DNA of 20,000 bases from an uncultured virus (IMG/VR IMGVR_UViG_3300042450_001700) (IMGVR_UViG_3300042450_001700), one strand, 5' to 3'. Positions 9,592 to 16,427 are shown, counted from the stretch's first letter. Translations and numbers: made by a program. Notes: generated from the sequence alone by a model not told the origin.

Positions 9592-9941
9592 CAGGTCACC
9601 CCGTGAAAACTTGTGTCAGAGTCGGAAAGAGTGTGCTGATCCGCGAAAGCGTCATGGTCACTATTCCACCACGAAGGAGCCTCTTTGCCCTGCATACTTG
9701 CAGGAAGCATCGGATCGTCAATGATCTCCCCGCCATGAGGACCAAGCCGCCCAGCGAGAGCTAAGTCAACCTTCTTACGGCCTTCTTCATCCGCATCTTG
9801 CACAAGACGCGCATAAACAAAGTTGAGCATCTCAACTAAAGAAAGTTGCGCTAATCGCCTGCCTGAGCCAATAAGCCAGCCGTCAACCTCAAGCGCGTTA
9901 TAAACGCACCACGAACTGAGGACTACGACTGCTCGGTAGGG
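9591..9941 (-). CDS. Tail assembly chaperone C-terminal extension (gpT-like), probably expressed as a frameshift fusion
   Basis: The frame of track ORF 9591..9830 is open upstream to ~9956 and overlaps the end of the chaperone ORF (PYRAVVVLSSWCVYNALEVDGWLIGSGRRLAQLSLVEMLNFVY...). No RBS precedes ATG 9830. Its stop overlaps the TMP start (TGATG). Confidence 0.75.
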   Translation of the reverse strand, partial: PYRAVVVLSSWCVYNALEVDGWLIGSGRRLAQLSLVEMLNFVYARLVQDADEEGRKKVDLALAGRLGPHGGEIIDDPMLPASMQGKEAPSWWNSDHDAFADQHTLSDSDTSFHGVT

Positions 9942-10273
9942 CGGGCAGCGATCACCTCAGTAGCTTCTTCGAGTATCTTATTCAGTTCCTCAAAGTCAAT
10001 GATTGGGTCAGCGTCTTCCAAGAAAGCCATGAATCGCTCACGGTCGCTAGTAGCGACAGCATGATTCAAGAAATCTAGAATCGCACCCATCTGGCGTGAT
10101 GGGGTCGTCTTAGCGTCGCCCGCTGCGGTCAATCTCAACATGACGATTGCGGGAATCTGCGCAGCAAGCTCAAAGGTTTCTTCACGAACCTTGATTGACT
10201 CTGATTTGTTTTGTGCTTCAGAAGCTAGTGCTTCAATCTGGTCAATGGGAGCTACTGCCGTGGTGTCTGACAT
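9923..10273 (-). CDS. Tail assembly chaperone (gpG-like), 116 aa
   Basis: Small acidic helical protein two ORFs before the TMP, ending ...IAARPTEQS, with a GAAAGG RBS upstream of the ATG. Confidence 0.85.
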   Translation of the reverse strand: MSDTTAVAPIDQIEALASEAQNKSESIKVREETFELAAQIPAIVMLRLTAAGDAKTTPSRQMGAILDFLNHAVATSDRERFMAFLEDADPIIDFEELNKILEEATEVIAARPTEQS

Positions 10274-10292
10274 GGGTACCTTTCAATCGTTA

Positions 10293-10301
10293 CGTTATGG
10301 G
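10293..10301 (-). promoter_or_regulatory. Putative extended -10 promoter (TGGTACGAT) upstream of the chaperone gene
   Basis: TGnTAnnnT match in the 64-bp gap between the gp10-like and chaperone genes. No convincing -35. Confidence 0.45.
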
Positions 10302-10337
10302 GATCGTACCATATCTAACAACAGTGCATGTAGCCGA

Positions 10338-10745
10338 TTATCGGGCGTAGGTCATAATCACATCTCTAAGCGCTTCCCATAGGAAAGGGTTGGCTTTGGT
10401 CCCCGGATGGAAAACCCTTTTGGCGTAAACCATCTCTCCTGCCTGATTGGGGAATTGAAGATACTGCGCCGTTTTAGGAGTGATTTCGTGTGGTTGCGTA
10501 CCTTCATGGACGGACATGACATACGGTGCCGAATCGCCACCAGCTTTGACTTCCCCACGAAGAGGCGGTGTTATAACTGATCCACTAATAGAAGTTGATA
10601 GATCGCCTGTATCTTCAGGACAGTAAGACTCCGCAAGGCTTTCAACTTCTTCGGTAAGCAAAGCGAAGAATATCCCGATGTCTCCTGTTGGTGATTGCAG
10701 AAGTTGAGCTATCCCCGCTGGGTTGGGTATGAATTTTCCGGCCAT
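10338..10745 (-). CDS. HK97 gp10-like neck/tail-completion protein, 135 aa
   Basis: Motifs CPEDTGDLSTSI, YVMSVHEGTQPHEI and VFHPGTKANPFL. TAATG overlap with the upstream gene. Confidence 0.85.
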   Translation of the reverse strand: MAGKFIPNPAGIAQLLQSPTGDIGIFFALLTEEVESLAESYCPEDTGDLSTSISGSVITPPLRGEVKAGGDSAPYVMSVHEGTQPHEITPKTAQYLQFPNQAGEMVYAKRVFHPGTKANPFLWEALRDVIMTYAR

Positions 10746-11293
10746 TAGCAGCGACAGCTATCTAGTTCCATCATCCACGTTGCGGTGAATCCGGCGCATC
10801 CGCCTCGTGGAGGATCAGGTTTCAAGTTGTTTATCATTCCCATTAGACAATCTGTTTCGTTTGCTTGGTAAAAGTTGTTAGCGAACGCTGAAACCAATCT
10901 GCACCAGACCACGTTTGAGTCGATCAGAAGAGCCTCAGCAGCCGCTTGAATATCTGCCGGTGGCGGGAATGGGGACTTAGCGTTATCTCTCACCACAGGC
11001 CAACAGGGGCGCACTAGACGGGCTTTCACGCGCATCATGCGTGACACCCCGCACTGGAACGGGTCGGTGCTATTGACCACAGGGAACTTCACTGTCGGCA
11101 AAAGCTCATCCATCCACACCGCCAGAAAGTCACAGCAATCATCAGGCGGAGCGGTCCACGAAATGAAACACGACTTAGGCGCACCCGCAGTAGTGCATTC
11201 CTCTAACGCAACACACAGATCGTCAACAACAAGTTGCAACACCTCGTTGATATACGCCGGGTCAAGCAGATCACAAGCCACAGTCAAGTCCAA
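10745..11293 (-). CDS. Tail terminator / head-tail joining protein (start may be GTG at 11281)
   Basis: Lies between the adaptor and gp10-like genes. Cys-rich, with PPDDCCDFLAVW and PPRGGCAG motifs like those of actinophage tail terminators. Confidence 0.7.
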   Translation of the reverse strand: MDLTVACDLLDPAYINEVLQLVVDDLCVALEECTTAGAPKSCFISWTAPPDDCCDFLAVWMDELLPTVKFPVVNSTDPFQCGVSRMMRVKARLVRPCWPVVRDNAKSPFPPPADIQAAAEALLIDSNVVWCRLVSAFANNFYQANETDCLMGMINNLKPDPPRGGCAGFTATWMMELDSCRC

Positions 11294-12411
11294 GTTGTAT
11301 TCGGTTTGCGGTGGTCAGCCCGGTACACAGCCGCCCGCCTTTGCAACCGTGCAGGATTCACAGACTTCACCCACAAGTCAACCTCATAAATGCCGACCTG
11401 CCCTTTATCAAGAAAGAGAAGCGGATCAGCAAAGTCCATCTGCACACCCTCACGAGTAATATGTTTCAACCGTTGGGGGAGAACACAATCGTCGCCACCG
11501 CACTGGTTCAACGCTATCTGGCAAGCAAACATAGCCGCAGCCATTTGTCCGCCCGGAGGAGGCATCGACCCCTGCGTGTAACTAATCGACCAAGTGCCTT
11601 CAGCCGCGATACACCCCGGTTCAATAACAGTCACAGCCACCGACGGATCAGGACCAGCAAGCGAAACATCTGCCACGGTCACAACCGGCAAACCTGCAAC
11701 AGCATGAGCAAACACAATCAGGTAAGGGGCCACTGTTCCCGGCCCGCCCGAAACAATCTCTACGGTCCCTGCGCCGAACGCAACGTCGATTGCGGCAGCA
11801 AGATCAACAGCAGTCAACGTCGAATCAAACACAGCCGTTACGGTGCCGATAGTCATAGACCAATCCCCGCCCGTAGCCGTGATCTCAACTTCAATAATCT
11901 CATCGGTTGTTTCGCACTGCTCCGCACCCAAATGGTTTGAGCAAGGCCAATGACCCCCATCAACACGACACACACGCTTGTACGCTTCAACCTTGTAAGC
12001 GGACGGGTCAAGCGGCACACCGTCAATAAGAATCTGTGTTACCTCGTCAACCGTCCCCGGCAGATCAACACAATCCAAATGGCAAACACCGCGACACCCT
12101 GCCCACTTGTTGGCCCACCCCCCGGCCACCATGTACGGCAACGACGGGTAACCAGCGTAAGCCCAACCCCAGCCTGAACTGGCGAACCATGACCATGTGT
12201 CTGCTTTGCAACCGCAGTTGTCACCGGCACACGGGTACACCGTCCGGTTGCACTCACCGGGCCACCGCCGACCTGACAGCCGAAAGAGAATCTCGGAAGC
12301 AAACTGAATTGCTGAAGTCAAATCAAAATCAGGGTCCAAGCCGGTACAGCAAGCGCGGACCTGCTCGTCGGTTGTCCATTGCGTGCAAGGAGGAGGAGGA
12401 GGCGCGGCCAC
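11284..12411 (-). CDS. Head-to-tail adaptor, 375 aa, with an inserted ~100-aa accessory domain
   Basis: Motifs ASEILFRLSGRRW, GTWSISYTQG..PP.GGQMAAAMFACQ, CVLPQRLKHITREGV and GIYEVDLWVKSVNP match the actinophage head-to-tail adaptor family. Confidence 0.88.
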   Translation of the reverse strand: MAAPPPPPCTQWTTDEQVRACCTGLDPDFDLTSAIQFASEILFRLSGRRWPGECNRTVYPCAGDNCGCKADTWSWFASSGWGWAYAGYPSLPYMVAGGWANKWAGCRGVCHLDCVDLPGTVDEVTQILIDGVPLDPSAYKVEAYKRVCRVDGGHWPCSNHLGAEQCETTDEIIEVEITATGGDWSMTIGTVTAVFDSTLTAVDLAAAIDVAFGAGTVEIVSGGPGTVAPYLIVFAHAVAGLPVVTVADVSLAGPDPSVAVTVIEPGCIAAEGTWSISYTQGSMPPPGGQMAAAMFACQIALNQCGGDDCVLPQRLKHITREGVQMDFADPLLFLDKGQVGIYEVDLWVKSVNPARLQRRAAVYRADHRKPNTTWT

Positions 12412-12417
12412 GCTTCC

Positions 12418-12423
12418 AGTGTA
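12418..12423 (-). promoter_or_regulatory. Putative -10 element (TACACT) for a leaderless adaptor transcript
   Basis: TACACT lies 6 nt before the GTG start at 12411, and there is no clear SD sequence. Confidence 0.5.
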
Positions 12424-12435
12424 CCTGCCGTCGGG

Positions 12436-12678
12436 TTATTCTTCGGATTGGTGGACTTCCATTTGTTGTAACCAGAATTGCAATGGTTCCATGTCAGCGT
12501 GTTTCGCGAAGTCTCGGATTGTTTGACCGAGGAAACCCATCGTTGCAACCGTGACGTTCTTCGCTTCATCTTCTGTCAGCATGTCAACCATCAGAACGAA
12601 TCCGTCCCAATCCTTTTTGAGTACAGCGGACATCAGCGCTGACATGTCTTTGCGTGCGTCGATGATTTCGTTTGCCAT
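12436..12678 (-). CDS. Hypothetical protein (~80 aa, helical); the track start at TTG 12747 is an alternative
   Basis: MANEIIDARKDMSALMSAVLKKDWDGF... ATG 12678 is preceded by TGC-AATACT-6 nt and avoids overlap with the upstream micro-ORF. Confidence 0.65.
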   Translation of the reverse strand: MANEIIDARKDMSALMSAVLKKDWDGFVLMVDMLTEDEAKNVTVATMGFLGQTIRDFAKHADMEPLQFWLQQMEVHQSEE

Positions 12679-12718
12679 GTGTTGAGTATTGCATGGCGGG
12701 TAGACGGGTTCGTGTTGG

Positions 12719-12874
12719 TTACTTGGTAGGGGAACGAAGGTGGTCAACGCATGAGGCTACGAGAGTCTGCCCACCGTTGGACCACTTGCATCCGCATGGC
12801 ATCCAAACCTGAACGATCTCGTTTGAGTTACCGTCCCATCCAACGATTTTGGTTTTGCCTTTGTTGATATTCAT
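12719..12874 (-). CDS. Small hypothetical protein, 51 aa (CxC...CxxH), below the track cutoff
   Basis: MNINKGKTKIVGWDGNSNEIVQVWMPCGCKWSNGGQTLVASCVDHLRSPTK. ATG lies 2 nt after the upstream stop and follows GAGGAGGAG. Confidence 0.65.
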   Translation of the reverse strand: MNINKGKTKIVGWDGNSNEIVQVWMPCGCKWSNGGQTLVASCVDHLRSPTK

Positions 12875-12876
12875 GT

Positions 12877-13170
12877 TCACTCCTCCTCGTCGTCGAATCC
12901 GTTGACGATCTCTTGCAGTTGGTTGACTATCGGGATCAGAACGTCCATCCGGTCAGACAGCACGCCGGTTTCCTCAAACCGTGCGGCGCGTGTTGGGTCT
13001 TCCAGTCCTGCCATCCGCATTCCAACCTTTGTGAGGTTGTGGTGGCGGTAGTTGCAGTCACGCAACTCTGCGAGTGCTTCTGCAAGTTCGATGCGGATGA
13101 GTTCTTGGCGCAGGGTTTCTACTGTGAGTCCTGCTTCGATGTCTGCTTGGGTTAGTTCGACGTTTTCCAT
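12877..13170 (-). CDS. Hypothetical protein, 97 aa, acidic and helical
   Basis: Protein-like ORF directly downstream of a clear sigma70-type promoter. Confidence 0.75.
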   Translation of the reverse strand: MENVELTQADIEAGLTVETLRQELIRIELAEALAELRDCNYRHHNLTKVGMRMAGLEDPTRAARFEETGVLSDRMDVLIPIVNQLQEIVNGFDDEEE

Positions 13171-13176
13171 GTACTG

Positions 13177-13206
13177 AACCTATCACAGGTGTATGACACT
13201 CTGCAA
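13177..13206 (-). promoter_or_regulatory. SigA/sigma70-type leaderless promoter
   Basis: TTGCAG-18 nt-TAGGTT with a TG extension. ATG 13170 lies 6 nt after the -10, and an A/T-rich tract sits upstream. Confidence 0.7.
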
Positions 13207-13224
13207 CACCAAATAGATATTTGT

Positions 13225-13605
13225 TTAGATTCTTTTCCGACCCCAACCAGACGGCAACTCCCCACGCCCCCGCTGAGCAGCAGTCTCAACCACATGACAC
13301 CGATGACACAACACCTCAAGATTCCCCAAGTGATGAAAGCAAGACTCAGTGCGCGCACGCCCCGCCAACGGCACAACATGATTCACCTCCAACCCCGAAC
13401 CAGAACCACACCGCACACAACGCCCATCACGACCCAGCGCAGCGGCACGCGCAAACTTCCACACATGATTCCGTCTGAACTTCGACATGCACAAACCGCT
13501 ACACCAACGAGTCTGCCGTGCAGTCAACCAGCCGCCACACCAATCACAACCAGACTGAGACACCGCTCTTGGAGCGATCTTGCATAAACCAAGATCAACT
13601 CCCAT
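13225..13605 (-). CDS. HNH endonuclease with an N-terminal Zn-binding motif, 126 aa
   Basis: CDWC...WCSGLC, then RDGRCVRCG..LEVNHVVP...HHLGNLEVLCHRCH. TGATG overlap with the methyltransferase stop. Confidence 0.9.
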   Translation of the reverse strand: MGVDLGLCKIAPRAVSQSGCDWCGGWLTARQTRWCSGLCMSKFRRNHVWKFARAAALGRDGRCVRCGSGSGLEVNHVVPLAGRARTESCFHHLGNLEVLCHRCHVVETAAQRGRGELPSGWGRKRI

Positions 13606-14678
13606 CAGAACAAAGACGGCTGTTCAGGTTCAGACTCAAGCTTCAGACAATGCGGCGAAGCCCACAAGCGTTCACGATGCTGTTGCCCCGTACCACTCGC
13701 CCCGTACCCGCCCATCTCCCCCGTGTGCCACTCATGGACAGACCAACCAAGATCGGCAAGCTCGTCATCATGCTCAGACTCATAACAAGCAAACACAATC
13801 CGGCGCTCAGGGTCAGCACCATGTTCCGCACACCACTGCTTCACATCATGCGCAACCGACAGGTCATCAGTCGCGTAAACCCGATCAAGCCGGTCAGCCG
13901 TGTCAGCGTAAGGTGGATCAAGAAACACCCCAACCGGACCAGCGCCAGTACGAACAGCGAGCGTTTTAGAAGCCCCATCAGTCACAAGGCGCGCCCAGTC
14001 GCCATTGAGGATACGAACATGCCTCAGCCGCGCAGACAGCCAATCAAACCATCGAAGCAACTCCGGCATCGTCTGAGAATGAAACCCGCCATCAGCAGAC
14101 ATCACATCCGGTTCCCACGTTGAAGGAGAAAGCAAACCGCGATCATTCGGCATATTAGGAATCCCGCCACCGACACCCGACTCGGCCCGACCCTCAACCT
14201 TCCGGTCAATCTTCCGCAACCGCCCTGTCTCATCAGCCGTCCAAGGACCAGACCCCGCAGCAAACGGAACGATACTCACGCACACACCCCACAACCACCA
14301 ACCAGCCATCTTAGGATCACACCACTCAGCAGACCCCGCTAACTTCGCAGCAAGCCCATCCTCACGCCAACGAACCAACGCAACCTCACGCGCCGTCTTA
14401 TCAAACTCAGTAACAGGCCACGACGCGTGTGCCGCAGTTTCTTCCGGGTGCCACTGAACAGCACGCCACGCATTCACGATCAGACCATCAAGGTCATTCA
14501 CAGTTTCGGCCCAGCCTGTGTTGGCCCGGTGGGGTCGGTTCAACAACACTGCTAGAGAACCGGCGAATGGTTCGACGTAATGTGGGACATCACCGAGCAG
14601 TTCCCACACAAGCGGAGCAGCCTTGGACTTCCCACCGAACCACGGGAACGGTGCCTTCTGAAGATTCTTCAGTGTCAT
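13605..14678 (-). CDS. DNA adenine (amino) methyltransferase, Dam-like D12 class
   Basis: PFPWFGGKS, YVEPFAGS (motif I), NDLD and FLDPPY (motif IV) in alpha-class order. The start was moved from TTG 14705 to ATG 14678, which overlaps the upstream stop as ATGA. Confidence 0.92.
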   Translation of the reverse strand: MTLKNLQKAPFPWFGGKSKAAPLVWELLGDVPHYVEPFAGSLAVLLNRPHRANTGWAETVNDLDGLIVNAWRAVQWHPEETAAHASWPVTEFDKTAREVALVRWREDGLAAKLAGSAEWCDPKMAGWWLWGVCVSIVPFAAGSGPWTADETGRLRKIDRKVEGRAESGVGGGIPNMPNDRGLLSPSTWEPDVMSADGGFHSQTMPELLRWFDWLSARLRHVRILNGDWARLVTDGASKTLAVRTGAGPVGVFLDPPYADTADRLDRVYATDDLSVAHDVKQWCAEHGADPERRIVFACYESEHDDELADLGWSVHEWHTGEMGGYGASGTGQQHRERLWASPHCLKLESEPEQPSLF

Positions 14679-14836
14679 ACGTTTGCTTTCAAGCACTGCG
14701 GACAATGCTCAGGACACCACCACTGCTCACCACTACGACCATGTGTGTCATGCGCAACATCACGCGGTACTAACTGGCCGCACTCAGCGCACACAACCTC
14801 AACCTCAATATCAGAAGCATCGCCCGCCCGAAACAT
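14675..14836 (-). CDS. Small Zn-finger-like protein, 53 aa, below the track cutoff
   Basis: MFRAGDASDIEVEVVCAECGQLVPRDVAHDTHGRSGEQWWCPEHCPQCLKANV. It exactly fills the gap, starting 1 nt after the upstream stop and ending in an ATGA overlap. Confidence 0.75.
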   Translation of the reverse strand: MFRAGDASDIEVEVVCAECGQLVPRDVAHDTHGRSGEQWWCPEHCPQCLKANV

Positions 14837-14837
14837 C

Positions 14838-15179
14838 TCAGGCGTTCATACGAGACGAAATGAAACCAGCGCCACCCGCAACAGCGAACGCACTGATCCA
14901 ACCGTCAACACCAAGTTCCCACGGCCACGCACGAAACCAGATGCAAACCAGAATCCACGAAACGTGCATACCGAGACACCACACACAAGTCAGCAGGTCG
15001 CCAACAAAGCCGGTTGCCCAGTTGCGGTTGCTTCCGTCGGGGTTGTAACAGAAAGTGTCTAGGCGTTGTGACATCTTCGACTCGGATTCCAAACTGAAAC
15101 CGATGAGGGAGTCACGCACAAAGAACCGGGTGATCCGGTACGCGGCGAGGATAAGTCCCGCGTAGACAAGCGCCGTCAT
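14838..15179 (-). CDS. DUF1360-like membrane protein (often annotated holin-like in actinophages), 113 aa
   Basis: LAAYRITRFFVRDSLI and LLTCVWCLGMHVS motifs, hydrophobic segments, and an ATGA overlap with the upstream gene. Confidence 0.8.
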   Translation of the reverse strand: MTALVYAGLILAAYRITRFFVRDSLIGFSLESESKMSQRLDTFCYNPDGSNRNWATGFVGDLLTCVWCLGMHVSWILVCIWFRAWPWELGVDGWISAFAVAGGAGFISSRMNA

Positions 15180-15514
15180 AGTGCAACCGGGCTGTTGTCG
15201 TTCATGCTCACAGGGGTGATGATCCCGGCTTCAACGAGAACAGCAATGTTCTCGGCTTTGACTTTCTTGCCACCGCGAGGAACTTTGACTTCTGCCTTGG
15301 CTTCGCCTCGGAGACTGTCGGGGAGCCGCCCGGTGGATGCAGCCCAATCAACAATCGTTTGACGGTCCCATGCTCGGATGCCGTTGATCGACGCGTAGTC
15401 AGGGACGGGGAGAAGGCGGCGGTAGTGCCATGCGTGTGGGGTGCGTCCGTCTACTTCTAGTAGGGGTCCGATTTCTTTCAAGCCCACGATGGGTTGCTCT
15501 TCTGGTGTTGACAT
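15176..15514 (-). CDS. Helix-turn-helix DNA-binding protein (AlpA/excisionase/MerR-like), ~112 aa
   Basis: IVGLKEIGPLLEVDGRTPHAWHYRRLLPVPD...WDRQTIVDWAASTGR. ATG 15514 has an AGGAGA RBS. The longer track start (15742) overlaps the opposite-strand gene. Confidence 0.8.
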   Translation of the reverse strand: MSTPEEQPIVGLKEIGPLLEVDGRTPHAWHYRRLLPVPDYASINGIRAWDRQTIVDWAASTGRLPDSLRGEAKAEVKVPRGGKKVKAENIAVLVEAGIITPVSMNDNSPVAL

Positions 15515-15604
15515 GTTTCTCCTGTTGGTCGTAGCGGATGCTACTAGCGTGGATCGTATCACTACATGTGGTCGAAAAGAAATCTGAAGAAATCTTCGAT
15601 ATGA

Positions 15605-15627
15605 GACATTATTGACTTGATAATGTC
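15605..15627. promoter_or_regulatory. Operator-like inverted repeat GACATTAT-N7-ATAATGTC
   Basis: Perfect 8-bp arms in the divergent intergenic region, overlapping the -35 of the + strand promoter. Confidence 0.6.
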
Positions 15628-15645
15628 CTATGGGTGCTGTATCGT
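15617..15645 (+). promoter_or_regulatory. SigA/sigma70-type leaderless promoter
   Basis: TTGATA-17 nt-TATCGT, with ATG 15653 lying 7 nt after the -10 and no SD sequence. Confidence 0.7.
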
Positions 15646-15652
15646 TATCTAC

Positions 15653-15886
15653 ATGACATCGACACGAACCGCAGAACAACTCCACCGGATCATGCAAGAG
15701 CAGACACTCTTGCTGTTGGTCCACACCATCGACTTCCAGCATTCAGGCAGCAAGTCCGACTTCGACTGGCTCACATTCCTCTTGGATGACATCAAGAACC
15801 TCGTCAAAAACGAGGGTGCAGTACCAACAAAAGATCAGGCACGCCGCATCCGCGACGCACGCCGCGAAGTAAGGAACGCAGCATGA
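15653..15886 (+). CDS. Hypothetical protein, 77 aa
   Basis: MTSTRTAEQLHRIMQEQ... The start was reassigned to ATG 15653 because the track start lies in the promoter. ATGA overlap with the next gene. Confidence 0.7.
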   Translation: MTSTRTAEQLHRIMQEQTLLLLVHTIDFQHSGSKSDFDWLTFLLDDIKNLVKNEGAVPTKDQARRIRDARREVRNAA

Positions 15887-16245
15887 ACACAACACACGGA
15901 AGAATCACACTCACCCAAACCCGCTCCGACTGGTTCCGAGTCGAAGTAGACGGACACATGGTCTGCCAAACCCAAGACCACGACGAGGCACGCCGAGTCG
16001 CCAACTTCTGTTTCAAGAAGACCACCCCCGCCGCAGACATCATCGCCTCATACGTTGTCAGCAAAACACGCGACCTTGAAAACGCTTGGGGCATGGTCAA
16101 CCAACTCCTCGGCATGTGCGCAGACGGATGTTGCGGCGGACACGAAATGTTCGAGCATGACTCACCCGAACTAGCAGAATGGGCAGCATGGTCACTAGCC
16201 CTCACAACCGCACTCAAACAACAACTCAAAGGAATAGCAGCATGA
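15883..16245 (+). CDS. Hypothetical protein, 120 aa
   Basis: AAGGA RBS, ATGA overlaps at both ends, and protein-like composition. Confidence 0.75.
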   Translation: MNTTHGRITLTQTRSDWFRVEVDGHMVCQTQDHDEARRVANFCFKKTTPAADIIASYVVSKTRDLENAWGMVNQLLGMCADGCCGGHEMFEHDSPELAEWAAWSLALTTALKQQLKGIAA

Positions 16246-16346
16246 TCGCAGCAAACTCATGGGGCGCAATCGAAGCCCTCGGATTCTGGTTCTACCTCAT
16301 CGGAGCAGCAGTAAGCATCGCCTACCTCTTAGCCCCAAAACGCTAG
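16242..16346 (+). CDS. Small single-pass membrane peptide, 34 aa, below the track cutoff
   Basis: MIAANSWGAIEALGFWFYLIGAAVSIAYLLAPKR. AAGGA RBS and ATGA overlap; the stop lies at the base of the terminator stem. Confidence 0.65.
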   Translation: MIAANSWGAIEALGFWFYLIGAAVSIAYLLAPKR

Positions 16347-16381
16347 AAGGGAGCCGCCACAGCGCGACTCCCTTCTAGTTT
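16343..16381. terminator. Probable bidirectional intrinsic terminator between convergent genes
   Basis: Perfect 11-bp arms CTAGAAGGGAG (16343-16353) and CTCCCTTCTAG (16368-16378), followed by TTT on + and CGTTTT on -. Confidence 0.8.
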
Positions 16382-16427
16382 GCATCAACGGGCAACCCTT
16401 GCCGCGGTCTGCCGTCAACTAAACCCT

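Noticed and set aside
3307..9764. Many + strand ORFs of 60-282 aa opposite the tape measure gene
   Set aside because: They are antisense shadows of a long coding frame, with Ser/Pro/Arg-biased translations and no RBS or motifs.
12745..12759. TAGCCT -10 hexamer 6 nt before TTG 12747 (possible leaderless start)
   Set aside because: It lies inside the 51-aa ORF, leaderless TTG starts are rare, and ATG 12678 fits better. Not fully excluded.
13605..14678. Assigning the symbol dam or GATC specificity
   Set aside because: The family motifs are clear, but the target-recognition region cannot be assigned by eye.
15515..15742. N-terminal 76 aa of the 188-aa track ORF 15176..15742
   Set aside because: It crosses the promoter region and the + strand gene. 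ATG 15514 has a proper SD and starts the HTH domain.
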